From an uncultured Lachnospiraceae bacterium (GTDB lineage: Bacteria; Bacillota; Clostridia; Lachnospirales; Lachnospiraceae): a stretch of DNA of 64,000 bases. The stretch is from assembly GCA_964458255.1 (NCBI GenBank), contig CAYWHY010000001.1, forward strand, positions 14,066 through 78,065, in the 5' to 3' direction. Both the position numbers and the translations under genes were made by a program. The stretch's first letter is position 1, and the number at the start of each line of letters is the position of its first letter. This document shows, in pieces, positions 36,116 through 44,755 of the stretch. A model generated the notes under the pieces. That model did not search any database. It was not told where the DNA came from and saw only the letters and a list, made by a program, of their open reading frames with translations.

Positions 36116-37218
36116 AGGGAACCATTGCACTGTATATAAGCAGTCTGCGAAAAGGCGGAGCAGAGCGTGTGATTGCCAATCTGGCTTCCTATCTGGATGG
36201 CAAAGATTACCGGGTTGTAATTGTGACAACACATAAGGCCGAGATAGAATATACAGTACCGGATACGGTGATTCGCAGAATATCGGAACCTGATGAGGAA
36301 GAGCTTAAAGGTGGTAGAATCAGTAATTTTATTGCCAGATGCAGGAAGCTTAGAAATATCTGGAAGGAAGAAAAGCCGGACGTGATACTTTCCTTTATCG
36401 GGAAAAATAATATGATGGCAATTTTGACATCACGTGGTCTTGGGATTCCTGTTGCAGTGTCAGTGCGCGGGGAACCAAACGAAGAGTATTACAGCAGGAG
36501 TCTTAAGCTTGTGGCAAAGCATTTATTTAAGCTTGCGGACGGTGTTGTGTTACAGACAAGACAATGTATGGAATTTTTCCCGGGGAGCATCAGGAAAAAG
36601 TCAGTAATTCTTAAGAATCCGGTGAACCCCGATTTCTTTAAGGTACGTTATGAAGGCGAAAGAGACAAAACGATTGTAGCAGTCGGAAGAATCGATGAAA
36701 ATAAGAATCACGAAATGCTGATAAGAGCATTTTCTCTTATTGCAGAAGAGTATCCCGAATATAAGCTTATTATTTACGGTGAGGGCGAAAAGAAACATGA
36801 CCTTGAAACCCTTGTTAAGGAATTGAGGCTGCAGGAAAGAATTTTACTTCCCGGAAGTACAGACCGGGTGGCGGATGCTATATACAAAACACGTGTTTTT
36901 GTATTACCATCCAATACGGAAGGGATGCCTAATACGCTAATCGAAGCTATGATATTGGGTCTTACGGTAATCGCTACAGACTGCCCTTGTGGGGGACCGG
37001 CGGAACTGATTGACCATGAAAAAAATGGTTTGCTTACCCAGGTGGGGAATATTGAAAAAATGAAAGAAAACTTGCAGAAAGTTTTAAATAACTTGCAAGA
37101 AGCGGATTTGATGGGAATACAAGCAAGGATAACGGGTGAAATTTACAGGCCTGAAAAAGTATATGAAGAGTGGGAAAAATACTTGATTTTGCTGGGCTTG
37201 GGAAGGAATAGGAGATGA
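36112..37218 (+). CDS. Glycosyltransferase family 4 (PglH/PglJ-like), paralog of the preceding gene
   Basis: GGAERV, SVRGEP, VGRIDENKNH, SNTEGMPNTLIEAM, DCPCGGP. Confidence 0.9.
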   Translation: MKGTIALYISSLRKGGAERVIANLASYLDGKDYRVVIVTTHKAEIEYTVPDTVIRRISEPDEEELKGGRISNFIARCRKLRNIWKEEKPDVILSFIGKNNMMAILTSRGLGIPVAVSVRGEPNEEYYSRSLKLVAKHLFKLADGVVLQTRQCMEFFPGSIRKKSVILKNPVNPDFFKVRYEGERDKTIVAVGRIDENKNHEMLIRAFSLIAEEYPEYKLIIYGEGEKKHDLETLVKELRLQERILLPGSTDRVADAIYKTRVFVLPSNTEGMPNTLIEAMILGLTVIATDCPCGGPAELIDHEKNGLLTQVGNIEKMKENLQKVLNNLQEADLMGIQARITGEIYRPEKVYEEWEKYLILLGLGRNRR

Positions 37219-37222
37219 GGAA

Positions 37223-39121
37223 ATGTGCGGGATAGCCGGATTTTGCAATTTTGCAGGAAACAGCAAAGTGAATATTGAGCGCATGAAAGAAAGAATGTAC
37301 CACAGAGGGCCTGATGCGGGTGGCAGTTACTTTTCGGAGGACGGACAGGTAACCCTCGGTCATCGTAGGCTTTCTATTGTAGATTTGTCTGAGAACGGTT
37401 CGCAACCTATGACTTCTCACAGTGGTCGTTATGTGATTGCTTTTAACGGTGAAATTTATAATTATAAAAAAATAGCGGATAAGCTTATTGAAGAAGGCAG
37501 GGTAAAAGAGTTCCGGGGCAGCTCCGATACGGAGGTTCTTCTTGAAGCGTTTGAAAGCTATGGTGTGAAGGAAGCAATATCACTTTGTAAAGGTATGTTC
37601 GCCATCGCATTATATGACAAAAAAGAACAGGCACTGTATTTACTTCGTGACAGAGTGGGTGAAAAGCCGCTTTATTACGGTCAGGTGAAAGACGGGTTTG
37701 TGTTTGCTTCCGATATCGGTTCCATTTCCGTGCTGGATGGTTTTGACAATCCCATCAATACGGCAGTGCTTGATTTGTATTTTATTCATGGCTATATACC
37801 GGCTCCTTATTCTATCTATGAGAATATATTTAAGTTAGAACCCGGAATGATAGTTAAAATTAAATTACCATTTAATAATTTGGATGATGTTGAAATGGAA
37901 AACTACTGGTCCATGAAGGAAGTGGCAAGGAAAGGGCAGGATAATCTCTTTAAGGGAAGCTTTACAGAAGCAGCGGATGAATTGGAACGCCTGCTCAAAG
38001 CTTCCATTTCTGAGCAGATGGTGGCAGATGTACCGGTAGGTGCGTTCCTTTCTGCGGGCATTGATTCCAGTACGGTGGTTGCTCTGATGCAGTCTCTTAA
38101 CAGCAATAAGGTAAAGAGCTTTACCATCGGAATGGAGGAAAAGGATTATAATGAAGCTGTCTATGCGAAGGAGATTGCAAAGCATCTCGGTACCGAACAT
38201 ACGGAGCTTTATATTACGGAAGCAGATGCAAGAGCCGTGATTCCCAAGCTGGCATCTGTGTTTGGCGAACCTTTTGCGGATTCCTCCCAGATTCCCACTT
38301 ACTTAGTCAGTAAAATGACAAGAGAGCATGTGACCGTATCCTTAAGCGGTGACGGAGGAGATGAACTTTTCTGTGGATATACGTCTTATGCATCTGTGGA
38401 ACGTATTTGGAACAAGATGAAAGACATTCCTTATTTTATCAGGAAGCCTTGCAGCGAACTGGTAATACACAGTCCCCTTAAGAAGATTCCGATTTACAGA
38501 ATTAAAGGAAAGCTTTTGGGAGCAAAGGGCCCTTCGGATTTATATATTTGCTCTATGGAGACAGACCCGCTGGCAAAGAAAATCAGCCTTGACGCTAAAG
38601 AATGCAGCTATAAGTACAGTGAATATGATCCTAAGTTTTTAAAAGAAACCAACCATAATATTATGCTGATGGATTTACTGATGTACCATCCGGATGATAT
38701 TCTGGTGAAGGTAGACAGGACCGCCATGGCAGTGTCATTGGAAACCAGAGTGCCTATGCTGGATAAGGATGTAGTGGAATTTGCATGGAGTCTTCCTATT
38801 GCATATGAAAAGGAAGGCCTTACCGGTAAGAAAGTACTTCGTGAAGTGCTGTATCGCTATGTCCCAAAGGAAATGATGGAGAGACCGAAGAAAGGCTTTA
38901 GTATTCCGATTGAAAAGTGGCTGAAACAGACAGAACTGCGTCATTGGGCGGAAAGCCTGATTGACAGAAAAGTGCTTGAGCAGCAGGGAATTTTAAATCC
39001 GGATGTGGTATGGAAAATCTGGACAGACTTTATAGAAAGAGGCGAATGGCGAATTCAGATTTGGTATATTTTAATGTTCCAAAGCTGGTTAATCTGCGAA
39101 AGAGCCGGAGGATGTATATGA
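37223..39121 (+). CDS. asnB: Asparagine synthase-like glutamine amidotransferase, copy 2
   Basis: MCGIAG, HRGPD, GHRRLSIVDL, FNGEIYN, FLSAGIDSS, EPFADSSQIP, SGDGGDELF, KVDRTAM. Confidence 0.9.
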   Translation: MCGIAGFCNFAGNSKVNIERMKERMYHRGPDAGGSYFSEDGQVTLGHRRLSIVDLSENGSQPMTSHSGRYVIAFNGEIYNYKKIADKLIEEGRVKEFRGSSDTEVLLEAFESYGVKEAISLCKGMFAIALYDKKEQALYLLRDRVGEKPLYYGQVKDGFVFASDIGSISVLDGFDNPINTAVLDLYFIHGYIPAPYSIYENIFKLEPGMIVKIKLPFNNLDDVEMENYWSMKEVARKGQDNLFKGSFTEAADELERLLKASISEQMVADVPVGAFLSAGIDSSTVVALMQSLNSNKVKSFTIGMEEKDYNEAVYAKEIAKHLGTEHTELYITEADARAVIPKLASVFGEPFADSSQIPTYLVSKMTREHVTVSLSGDGGDELFCGYTSYASVERIWNKMKDIPYFIRKPCSELVIHSPLKKIPIYRIKGKLLGAKGPSDLYICSMETDPLAKKISLDAKECSYKYSEYDPKFLKETNHNIMLMDLLMYHPDDILVKVDRTAMAVSLETRVPMLDKDVVEFAWSLPIAYEKEGLTGKKVLREVLYRYVPKEMMERPKKGFSIPIEKWLKQTELRHWAESLIDRKVLEQQGILNPDVVWKIWTDFIERGEWRIQIWYILMFQSWLICERAGGCI

Positions 39122-40074
39122 ACATAATCAGAATGTCCGGAGGACTGGGAAACCAGATGTTTCAGTATGCACTGTATATGAAACTGAAATCCCTCGGAAA
39201 AGAAGTAAAGTTTGATGATATTAATGAATACAGGCATGACAATGCAAAGCCTATTATGCTTTCTGTTTTCAGAATTGAAATACCAAGGGCTTCATGGGAT
39301 GAAATTAATGCTTTTACGGACGGATCCATGAAGCTTATCAAAAGAATCAGAAGAAAGCTTTTTGGAAGAAGATCAATAGAGTATCATGAAGAGGGGTTTT
39401 ATGATCCGAAGGTACTATCCTTTGATTCTATGTATTTAAGAGGCGGATTTCAAAGTGAGAAATATTTTAAGGATATTGAACAGGAAGTGCGTGACACATA
39501 CAAGTTTTCGGCACTGGAAACCATGCACCTGCCGGAGAATCTTTATGAGGTGACAAAGGAGTGCCTTGACAAAATAGAAAGAACAATGTCGGTAAGCCTT
39601 CATATGCGCCGCAGTGATTCAAGACCTGATGAGGAGTTATATGAGGGAATTTGTACGGAGCAGTATTATGAAGGCGCTGTGCGTTACATTCAGGAAAGAT
39701 ATCCGGATGCTGTTTTTTATATATTCAGTAATGAACCAAAGTGGGTAAAAGGCTGGGTGGATCATCTGATTGGAAGCCTTGTAAAAGAAGATATGAAGGC
39801 GGAAGAAATTGAAAAACTGAACAAAAAGTTTGTCATGGTAGAGGCTAATACGGAGTATACCGGTTATCTGGATATGCAGCTTGTGACCAGATGCAAGCAT
39901 AATATTATTTCAAACTCCAGCTTTAGTTGGTGGGGTGCATGGCTAAATGACAATCCTGATAAAATAGTGATAGCACCGGATAAATGGAAAAATGATGTGG
40001 AAAGCGATGACATCTACACAAAAGGGATGGTTCTTATCAACGCGAAGGGAAGAGTAAAACGTACCGTAAAATAA
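39118..40074 (+). CDS. GT11 alpha-1,2-fucosyltransferase-like protein
   Basis: GGLGNQMFQYA, FQSEKYF, HMRRSD, IFSN, NSSFSWWGAWL. Start at ATG 39118 after GGAGG. Confidence 0.85.
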   Translation: MNIIRMSGGLGNQMFQYALYMKLKSLGKEVKFDDINEYRHDNAKPIMLSVFRIEIPRASWDEINAFTDGSMKLIKRIRRKLFGRRSIEYHEEGFYDPKVLSFDSMYLRGGFQSEKYFKDIEQEVRDTYKFSALETMHLPENLYEVTKECLDKIERTMSVSLHMRRSDSRPDEELYEGICTEQYYEGAVRYIQERYPDAVFYIFSNEPKWVKGWVDHLIGSLVKEDMKAEEIEKLNKKFVMVEANTEYTGYLDMQLVTRCKHNIISNSSFSWWGAWLNDNPDKIVIAPDKWKNDVESDDIYTKGMVLINAKGRVKRTVK

Positions 40075-40120
40075 GTAGCTTAATAAATGCAGAAACAGGC
40101 ATGAAAGCGGAGAAGTGAAA

Positions 40121-41044
40121 ATGGTAATCATCAGAATGACGGGCGGTCTGGGAAATCAGATGTTCCAGTACGCATTGTATTTAAAATTAAAATTCATGGG
40201 AAAAGAAGTAAAGTTTGATGATTTTACGGAATATGAATTGCCGGGGGCAAGACCGATACAGTTGTGGGTATTCGGCATTGATTACCCGAAAGCATCCCAA
40301 TATGAACTTGATAAAATGACCGATGGTTTTTTATGGTTTGCACACAGAATCAGACGGAAAATTTTTGGCAGGAAGTCACTTGAATATCATGAGAAAGACT
40401 GTAATTTTGATGAGAAGGTCTTGCAAAAAGATCCGGCCTATCTTACCGGTTATTTCCAGAGTGAAAAATATTTTGCAGATATCAGGGAACAGGTCGGGGA
40501 AGCCTTTTCCTTCAGCCCTGTCATATATGAGCGATTGGATCAGGCATCATTAAGTATGATGAAGGATTATCGGGAACAAATTGAAAAGACGCTTTCCGTA
40601 AGCTTACACATCAGACGTGGTGATTATCTTGAAAATAGGAAGGTGTACGGAGATATCTGTACGCCGGAATATTATGACAGTGCAATCGAAATGATGAAAG
40701 AACAATTTATAACGCCTGTTTTTTATGTGTTCAGCAACGATGAGGAATGGGTCGTAGAGTGGTGTAAGGAGCAGGAAGATAAGTATCACAGCTGCTTTGT
40801 GCCTGTAATTGGGTTCCCGGAAGAAAAGGGATATCTTGCTATGAGCTTGATGAGCTTGTGTAAACATCATATTGTTGCAAACTCCAGCTTCAGCTGGTGG
40901 GGCGCATGGCTGAATAAAAACCCTGACAAAATAGTGGCGGCACCGGCAAAATGGTTTAATAATCAGGATTGTTATGATATTTATACAAAGGAAATGATTA
41001 AAATTTCTCCGAGAGGTATGATGGTAAAAGATGGCACAGAATGA
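40121..41044 (+). CDS. GT11 alpha-1,2-fucosyltransferase-like protein
   Basis: GGLGNQMFQYA, GYFQSEKYF, HIRRGDY, FSND, NSSFSWWGAWL. Confidence 0.9.
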   Translation: MVIIRMTGGLGNQMFQYALYLKLKFMGKEVKFDDFTEYELPGARPIQLWVFGIDYPKASQYELDKMTDGFLWFAHRIRRKIFGRKSLEYHEKDCNFDEKVLQKDPAYLTGYFQSEKYFADIREQVGEAFSFSPVIYERLDQASLSMMKDYREQIEKTLSVSLHIRRGDYLENRKVYGDICTPEYYDSAIEMMKEQFITPVFYVFSNDEEWVVEWCKEQEDKYHSCFVPVIGFPEEKGYLAMSLMSLCKHHIVANSSFSWWGAWLNKNPDKIVAAPAKWFNNQDCYDIYTKEMIKISPRGMMVKDGTE

Positions 41045-42038
41045 AAAGTTGATTTCGGTAATTGTAACAGCATACAATATTGAAAAGTATCTTGCCAGGT
41101 GCCTGGACAGTCTGCTTTTGCAGACCTATCAGAATCTGGAGATTATATTGGTGGATGACGGTTCTACCGACCAAACGGCAGAAATTTGTGATGAATATGC
41201 CGGGAAAAGTGATAAAATTCAGGTGCTACATAAAGAAAACGGTGGTCCTTCCGCTGCGAGAAATGCAGGAATTGCAATTGCTCGCGGAGAATTTATAGGA
41301 TATGTGGACGGGGACGATTTTGTTGAACCGCGGATGTATGAAGATATGTTGCATGCATGTGTAAGCACAGGGGCACAAATTGCCATATGTGCTTACAGAG
41401 AAGTGGGTCAAAACCGTGAGGAAGCTGTACCTACCGGAAATGTGATAGAACTAAGCAGGGAAGAAGCACTGGAGTGGTATATCAGTGGGCATGAACAATA
41501 CCACATATATCATTCTGTGTGGAGCAAGCTCTTTGACAGGGAAATCATTCGTGAGATTGCATTTTCGGAGGGCAGGAAATCGGAAGATATTATGTATACG
41601 ACATGGGCACTTGTAAAAGCCTCTAAATGTGTTTTCCTTGATACTTTTTATTACAATTATATGACTGACAGGGAAAACAGTATTATGAACAGTAAACTGG
41701 CAGAACGGCGCTTTCGAGATGAAATTCCTTTTTGGAAGGAACAGGCTGATTACCTGAAGGGTGTGGGAATGCAGGAATTGAGTGAAAAATCAGCTTATCA
41801 ATTCTATCGAAAGATGCTGTTTTATTACGTGGATTTTAGGGAACGAAAGATGAAACAGCCGGCAAAAGAGTTGGCAGGACTTTTAAAAGGTGAAAAACAA
41901 AATATTATTGAAATTTACCGGAAGACGTTTGTGGCAATGGGCGATAAGGTGCGTATGAAAGTATTTCTGTTAAGCCCCGGTATGTATTATTATATTGTAA
42001 AGTGGTATGAAAAAATCATCATACCACTGAGACAATAA
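41031..42038 (+). CDS. Glycosyltransferase family 2
   Basis: ISVIVTAYN, LVDDGSTD, NGGPSAARNAG, YVDGDD, VWSKLF, SED. Confidence 0.92.
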   Translation: MAQNEKLISVIVTAYNIEKYLARCLDSLLLQTYQNLEIILVDDGSTDQTAEICDEYAGKSDKIQVLHKENGGPSAARNAGIAIARGEFIGYVDGDDFVEPRMYEDMLHACVSTGAQIAICAYREVGQNREEAVPTGNVIELSREEALEWYISGHEQYHIYHSVWSKLFDREIIREIAFSEGRKSEDIMYTTWALVKASKCVFLDTFYYNYMTDRENSIMNSKLAERRFRDEIPFWKEQADYLKGVGMQELSEKSAYQFYRKMLFYYVDFRERKMKQPAKELAGLLKGEKQNIIEIYRKTFVAMGDKVRMKVFLLSPGMYYYIVKWYEKIIIPLRQ

Positions 42039-42045
42039 TGGTATG

Positions 42046-43107
42046 TTACTCATAAATACTGTCGTAATCGTAGTTTGAGTAAAATTCTCTTTCCCGTGCC
42101 AGCTTTTCCCTATAATTTTCTTTAGTAACAAGACCTGTTCCTTCAGACATCCATTGCAGGATGCGGGAATTGATTTCCGCATTGTAATGTCCGTCATCAC
42201 AATAATAGTCGGGATTGCAAACCACATCATATTGGTCAAAAAAGTTGTAAAGCTTTACATTCGGGCAGGCAAGCAATAACTCCGTGGCAACTTCCTCCGC
42301 ACTTGTCTGTCGCATAATGGTTCCCTTGATGTGTAAAGCGTCCCAATAGCAGATGCTGTAAGGCGGGTAAAAAATATAAAAGGTGGTATCGGGGGATTGC
42401 CTGATTATGCGTATGATATTTTCATTCATTGTTGTTTCTGTTATTTTACGTTCTTCATCGCCGAAGCCTGTGGGAACATCTGTATTTACATTCTCTCTGT
42501 CATAGGACCACAAAATAGCGGAAAGTCCAGTTTCTTTTTCCCAGGAAGAATACTCGTCCATAGTAGTACTTGGTTCACCCGTTAAAGTCATGACAATGTT
42601 GGGAAGTACACTGTGGTATAAAATGGATTTGTTATACAAATACGGAGCATCATTCAGGGGATTATTGTCATATAAATAAGTGGGGTATTCTTCGTATTGG
42701 GTCCAGTCGTGTTCACGCAGAAGTCCGTTATAATCAAGTGCCCATATGACGGTCTTTAAATTATCGTTTCTTTGAAGTGCATTTTCCAGATTTTCACTCA
42801 GTTCTTTATAACCGGCACCGGAAAAGGTTTCCTTAACGGCATTGGTGCCGAAAAGTGCATCCATTTCACTTGTTTTGAAATTCTGTGCCATGGAGGTTCC
42901 CGTAATGATGGCATCAAAATCAAAATGGCGGGAAATGCCGTCATTCGTATATCGTTCTTCATAAAGGCGATAGGACAGAAATGAAAGCGGCTTGTGGTAA
43001 TGGAAATAGGGATCCACCACAATTACAACAAGGGCAAGCAAAAATAAAGATACTGTCAATGTTATGATGCATTTACAGAACCATTTTTTTGCCGTCTGTT
43101 CTTTCAT
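42046..43107 (-). CDS. Membrane-anchored SGNH/DltD/AlgJ-like acyltransferase partner of the MBOAT
   Basis: N-terminal TM followed by VDPYFHYH, IITGTSM (G-x-S nucleophile block), FYPPYS, C-terminal D..HY (DDGHY). Confidence 0.6.
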   Translation of the reverse strand: MKEQTAKKWFCKCIITLTVSLFLLALVVIVVDPYFHYHKPLSFLSYRLYEERYTNDGISRHFDFDAIITGTSMAQNFKTSEMDALFGTNAVKETFSGAGYKELSENLENALQRNDNLKTVIWALDYNGLLREHDWTQYEEYPTYLYDNNPLNDAPYLYNKSILYHSVLPNIVMTLTGEPSTTMDEYSSWEKETGLSAILWSYDRENVNTDVPTGFGDEERKITETTMNENIIRIIRQSPDTTFYIFYPPYSICYWDALHIKGTIMRQTSAEEVATELLLACPNVKLYNFFDQYDVVCNPDYYCDDGHYNAEINSRILQWMSEGTGLVTKENYREKLAREREFYSNYDYDSIYE

Positions 43108-43128
43108 TTTTCGGACACCACCTTTCGT

Positions 43129-44601
43129 TTAAAAATTAAAGTATAAAAATTCACTGATTTCCGCAAGAGACACAATGCTCCACAGCATAAGTATCACAAC
43201 CGTGATAAATTTCCGGTTGGTAAGCTTTAAGACAGTTGTCTTTTCCTGTGTATTTCTCATGATAACACATGCAATAAAAGAACAAACCACAAATAGGGAA
43301 GGGAACAGGAAAGGGCGGGAATCAATTAATTCGCCAAATCCTATTCTGTATAAAAGCTTCATTTCAATTAAATCATGGAATTTATCGGCAATGGGTTGAT
43401 AAATAGGACCAAAGCCACCGTTTAGCAATTGATTCCAAAGCAAACCGGCGTCTGAAACGGACTCTGCCCTAAAAAGACTCCAAGCCAGCGTTACAAAAAT
43501 GAAAGTACAAAAGATGCCTATGACCTTCGGAATTTTGAATCTTTTCGGGAAAGCAGCTTTAAAAAGTCTTTCCAAAACCATCGAGATACCGTGAAGTGCA
43601 CCCCACAGAATAAATGTCCAGTTTGCACCATGCCAAAGCCCGCTGATGAGGAAAACAATAAGGACATTCCGGCAGGTTTTTAAAAGCCCTGCCCTGCTTC
43701 CGCCAAGGGGAATATAAACGTAGTGTGTAAAAAATCTGGTTAAAGTCATGTGCCATCTGTCCCAGAATTCTGAAACGGAAGCGGCCTTGTAAGGTGAACT
43801 GAAATTCTGCGGAAGCTCAATATTCATCATGTATCCCATACCATATGCCATGTCACAATAACCGCTGAAATCAAAGTAAATCTGCAAAGAATAGCAAAGC
43901 ATGACAAGAATGGTACTGGGAGTGTTAAGCTCCGCGATATTGCCATAGCCCACCGTTACGATTTTTGAAAAAGTATCCGCAAGCAGGACTTTTTTTGCAA
44001 GCCCCAAAGAAAAGGCATAAAGCCCCTTGCTCATATTATCGAAATTAAGCTGCTTTTTTGATTCATCACGGAACTGGGGAATCAGTTCACTGTGATAAAC
44101 AATGGGACCGGCAACGAGCTGCGGGAAATAGGATACATAAGCCGCATACTCTAAAAAACTGTATTGTTCGCAATCTTCTTTATAGGCATCAATGACATAA
44201 GACAACTGCTGGAAAGTGTAAAAACTGATGCCGAGCGGCAATGCCAGCCTAAGGAGTGGCAGCTTTGTTTTAAGGGCGAAGTTGATGTTTTCAATAAAAA
44301 AGTCATAATATTTGAAATAAAATAGAATTCCGATATTGAGAAAAAGACCGGCACACAAAAAGATGCGGCGCATTTTGAGGTTCTCGAAATGCGTCATAAC
44401 GCTTACAATGCCGTAATTTATAAGAATGCTGATAATAAGTATCAGCAGGTAATTAATATTATTGTATCCGTAAAACCACAGGGACATTCCCACAAGAAAA
44501 CCGAGTGCGGCTTTGTATTTGCGGGCATAATTCAGTCCATAATATCCGATTAAGGTCAGTGGAAAAAACAGAAAAATAAATATATAGGAATTAAATAACA
44601 T
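43129..44601 (-). CDS. MBOAT family O-acyltransferase (AlgI/PatA/DltB-like)
   Basis: MLFNSYIFIF, LPLGISFYTFQQLSY, FPQLVAGPI, QIYFDFSGYCDMA, FWDRWHMTL, YIPLGG, SGLWHGANWTF, FLYFNF. Confidence 0.93.
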   Translation of the reverse strand: MLFNSYIFIFLFFPLTLIGYYGLNYARKYKAALGFLVGMSLWFYGYNNINYLLILIISILINYGIVSVMTHFENLKMRRIFLCAGLFLNIGILFYFKYYDFFIENINFALKTKLPLLRLALPLGISFYTFQQLSYVIDAYKEDCEQYSFLEYAAYVSYFPQLVAGPIVYHSELIPQFRDESKKQLNFDNMSKGLYAFSLGLAKKVLLADTFSKIVTVGYGNIAELNTPSTILVMLCYSLQIYFDFSGYCDMAYGMGYMMNIELPQNFSSPYKAASVSEFWDRWHMTLTRFFTHYVYIPLGGSRAGLLKTCRNVLIVFLISGLWHGANWTFILWGALHGISMVLERLFKAAFPKRFKIPKVIGIFCTFIFVTLAWSLFRAESVSDAGLLWNQLLNGGFGPIYQPIADKFHDLIEMKLLYRIGFGELIDSRPFLFPSLFVVCSFIACVIMRNTQEKTTVLKLTNRKFITVVILMLWSIVSLAEISEFLYFNF

Positions 44602-44648
44602 GCATATTTCCTTTCCGGATGGTGGAACTGTTTTTGAAAACCAATGAT

Positions 44649-44677
44649 ATTATAAGACGGGAGAGAGTATTTATCAA
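44649..44677 (-). promoter_or_regulatory. Putative sigmaA promoter for the MBOAT operon
   Basis: Minus-strand TTGATA (44677-44672), 17-nt spacer, TATAAT (44654-44649). Confidence 0.65.
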
Positions 44678-44691
44678 CAAATTTTAAAAAT

Positions 44692-44720
44692 TTGCCTATA
44701 AATAGAAGATATGATATAAT
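44692..44720 (+). promoter_or_regulatory. Putative sigmaA promoter (extended -10) for the right-hand operon
   Basis: TTGCCT (44692-44697), 17-nt spacer, TG-A-TATAAT (44712-44720). Confidence 0.7.
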
Positions 44721-44755
44721 TCTTATAATTATGTTCAGACCAAATAAAGGAAAGC

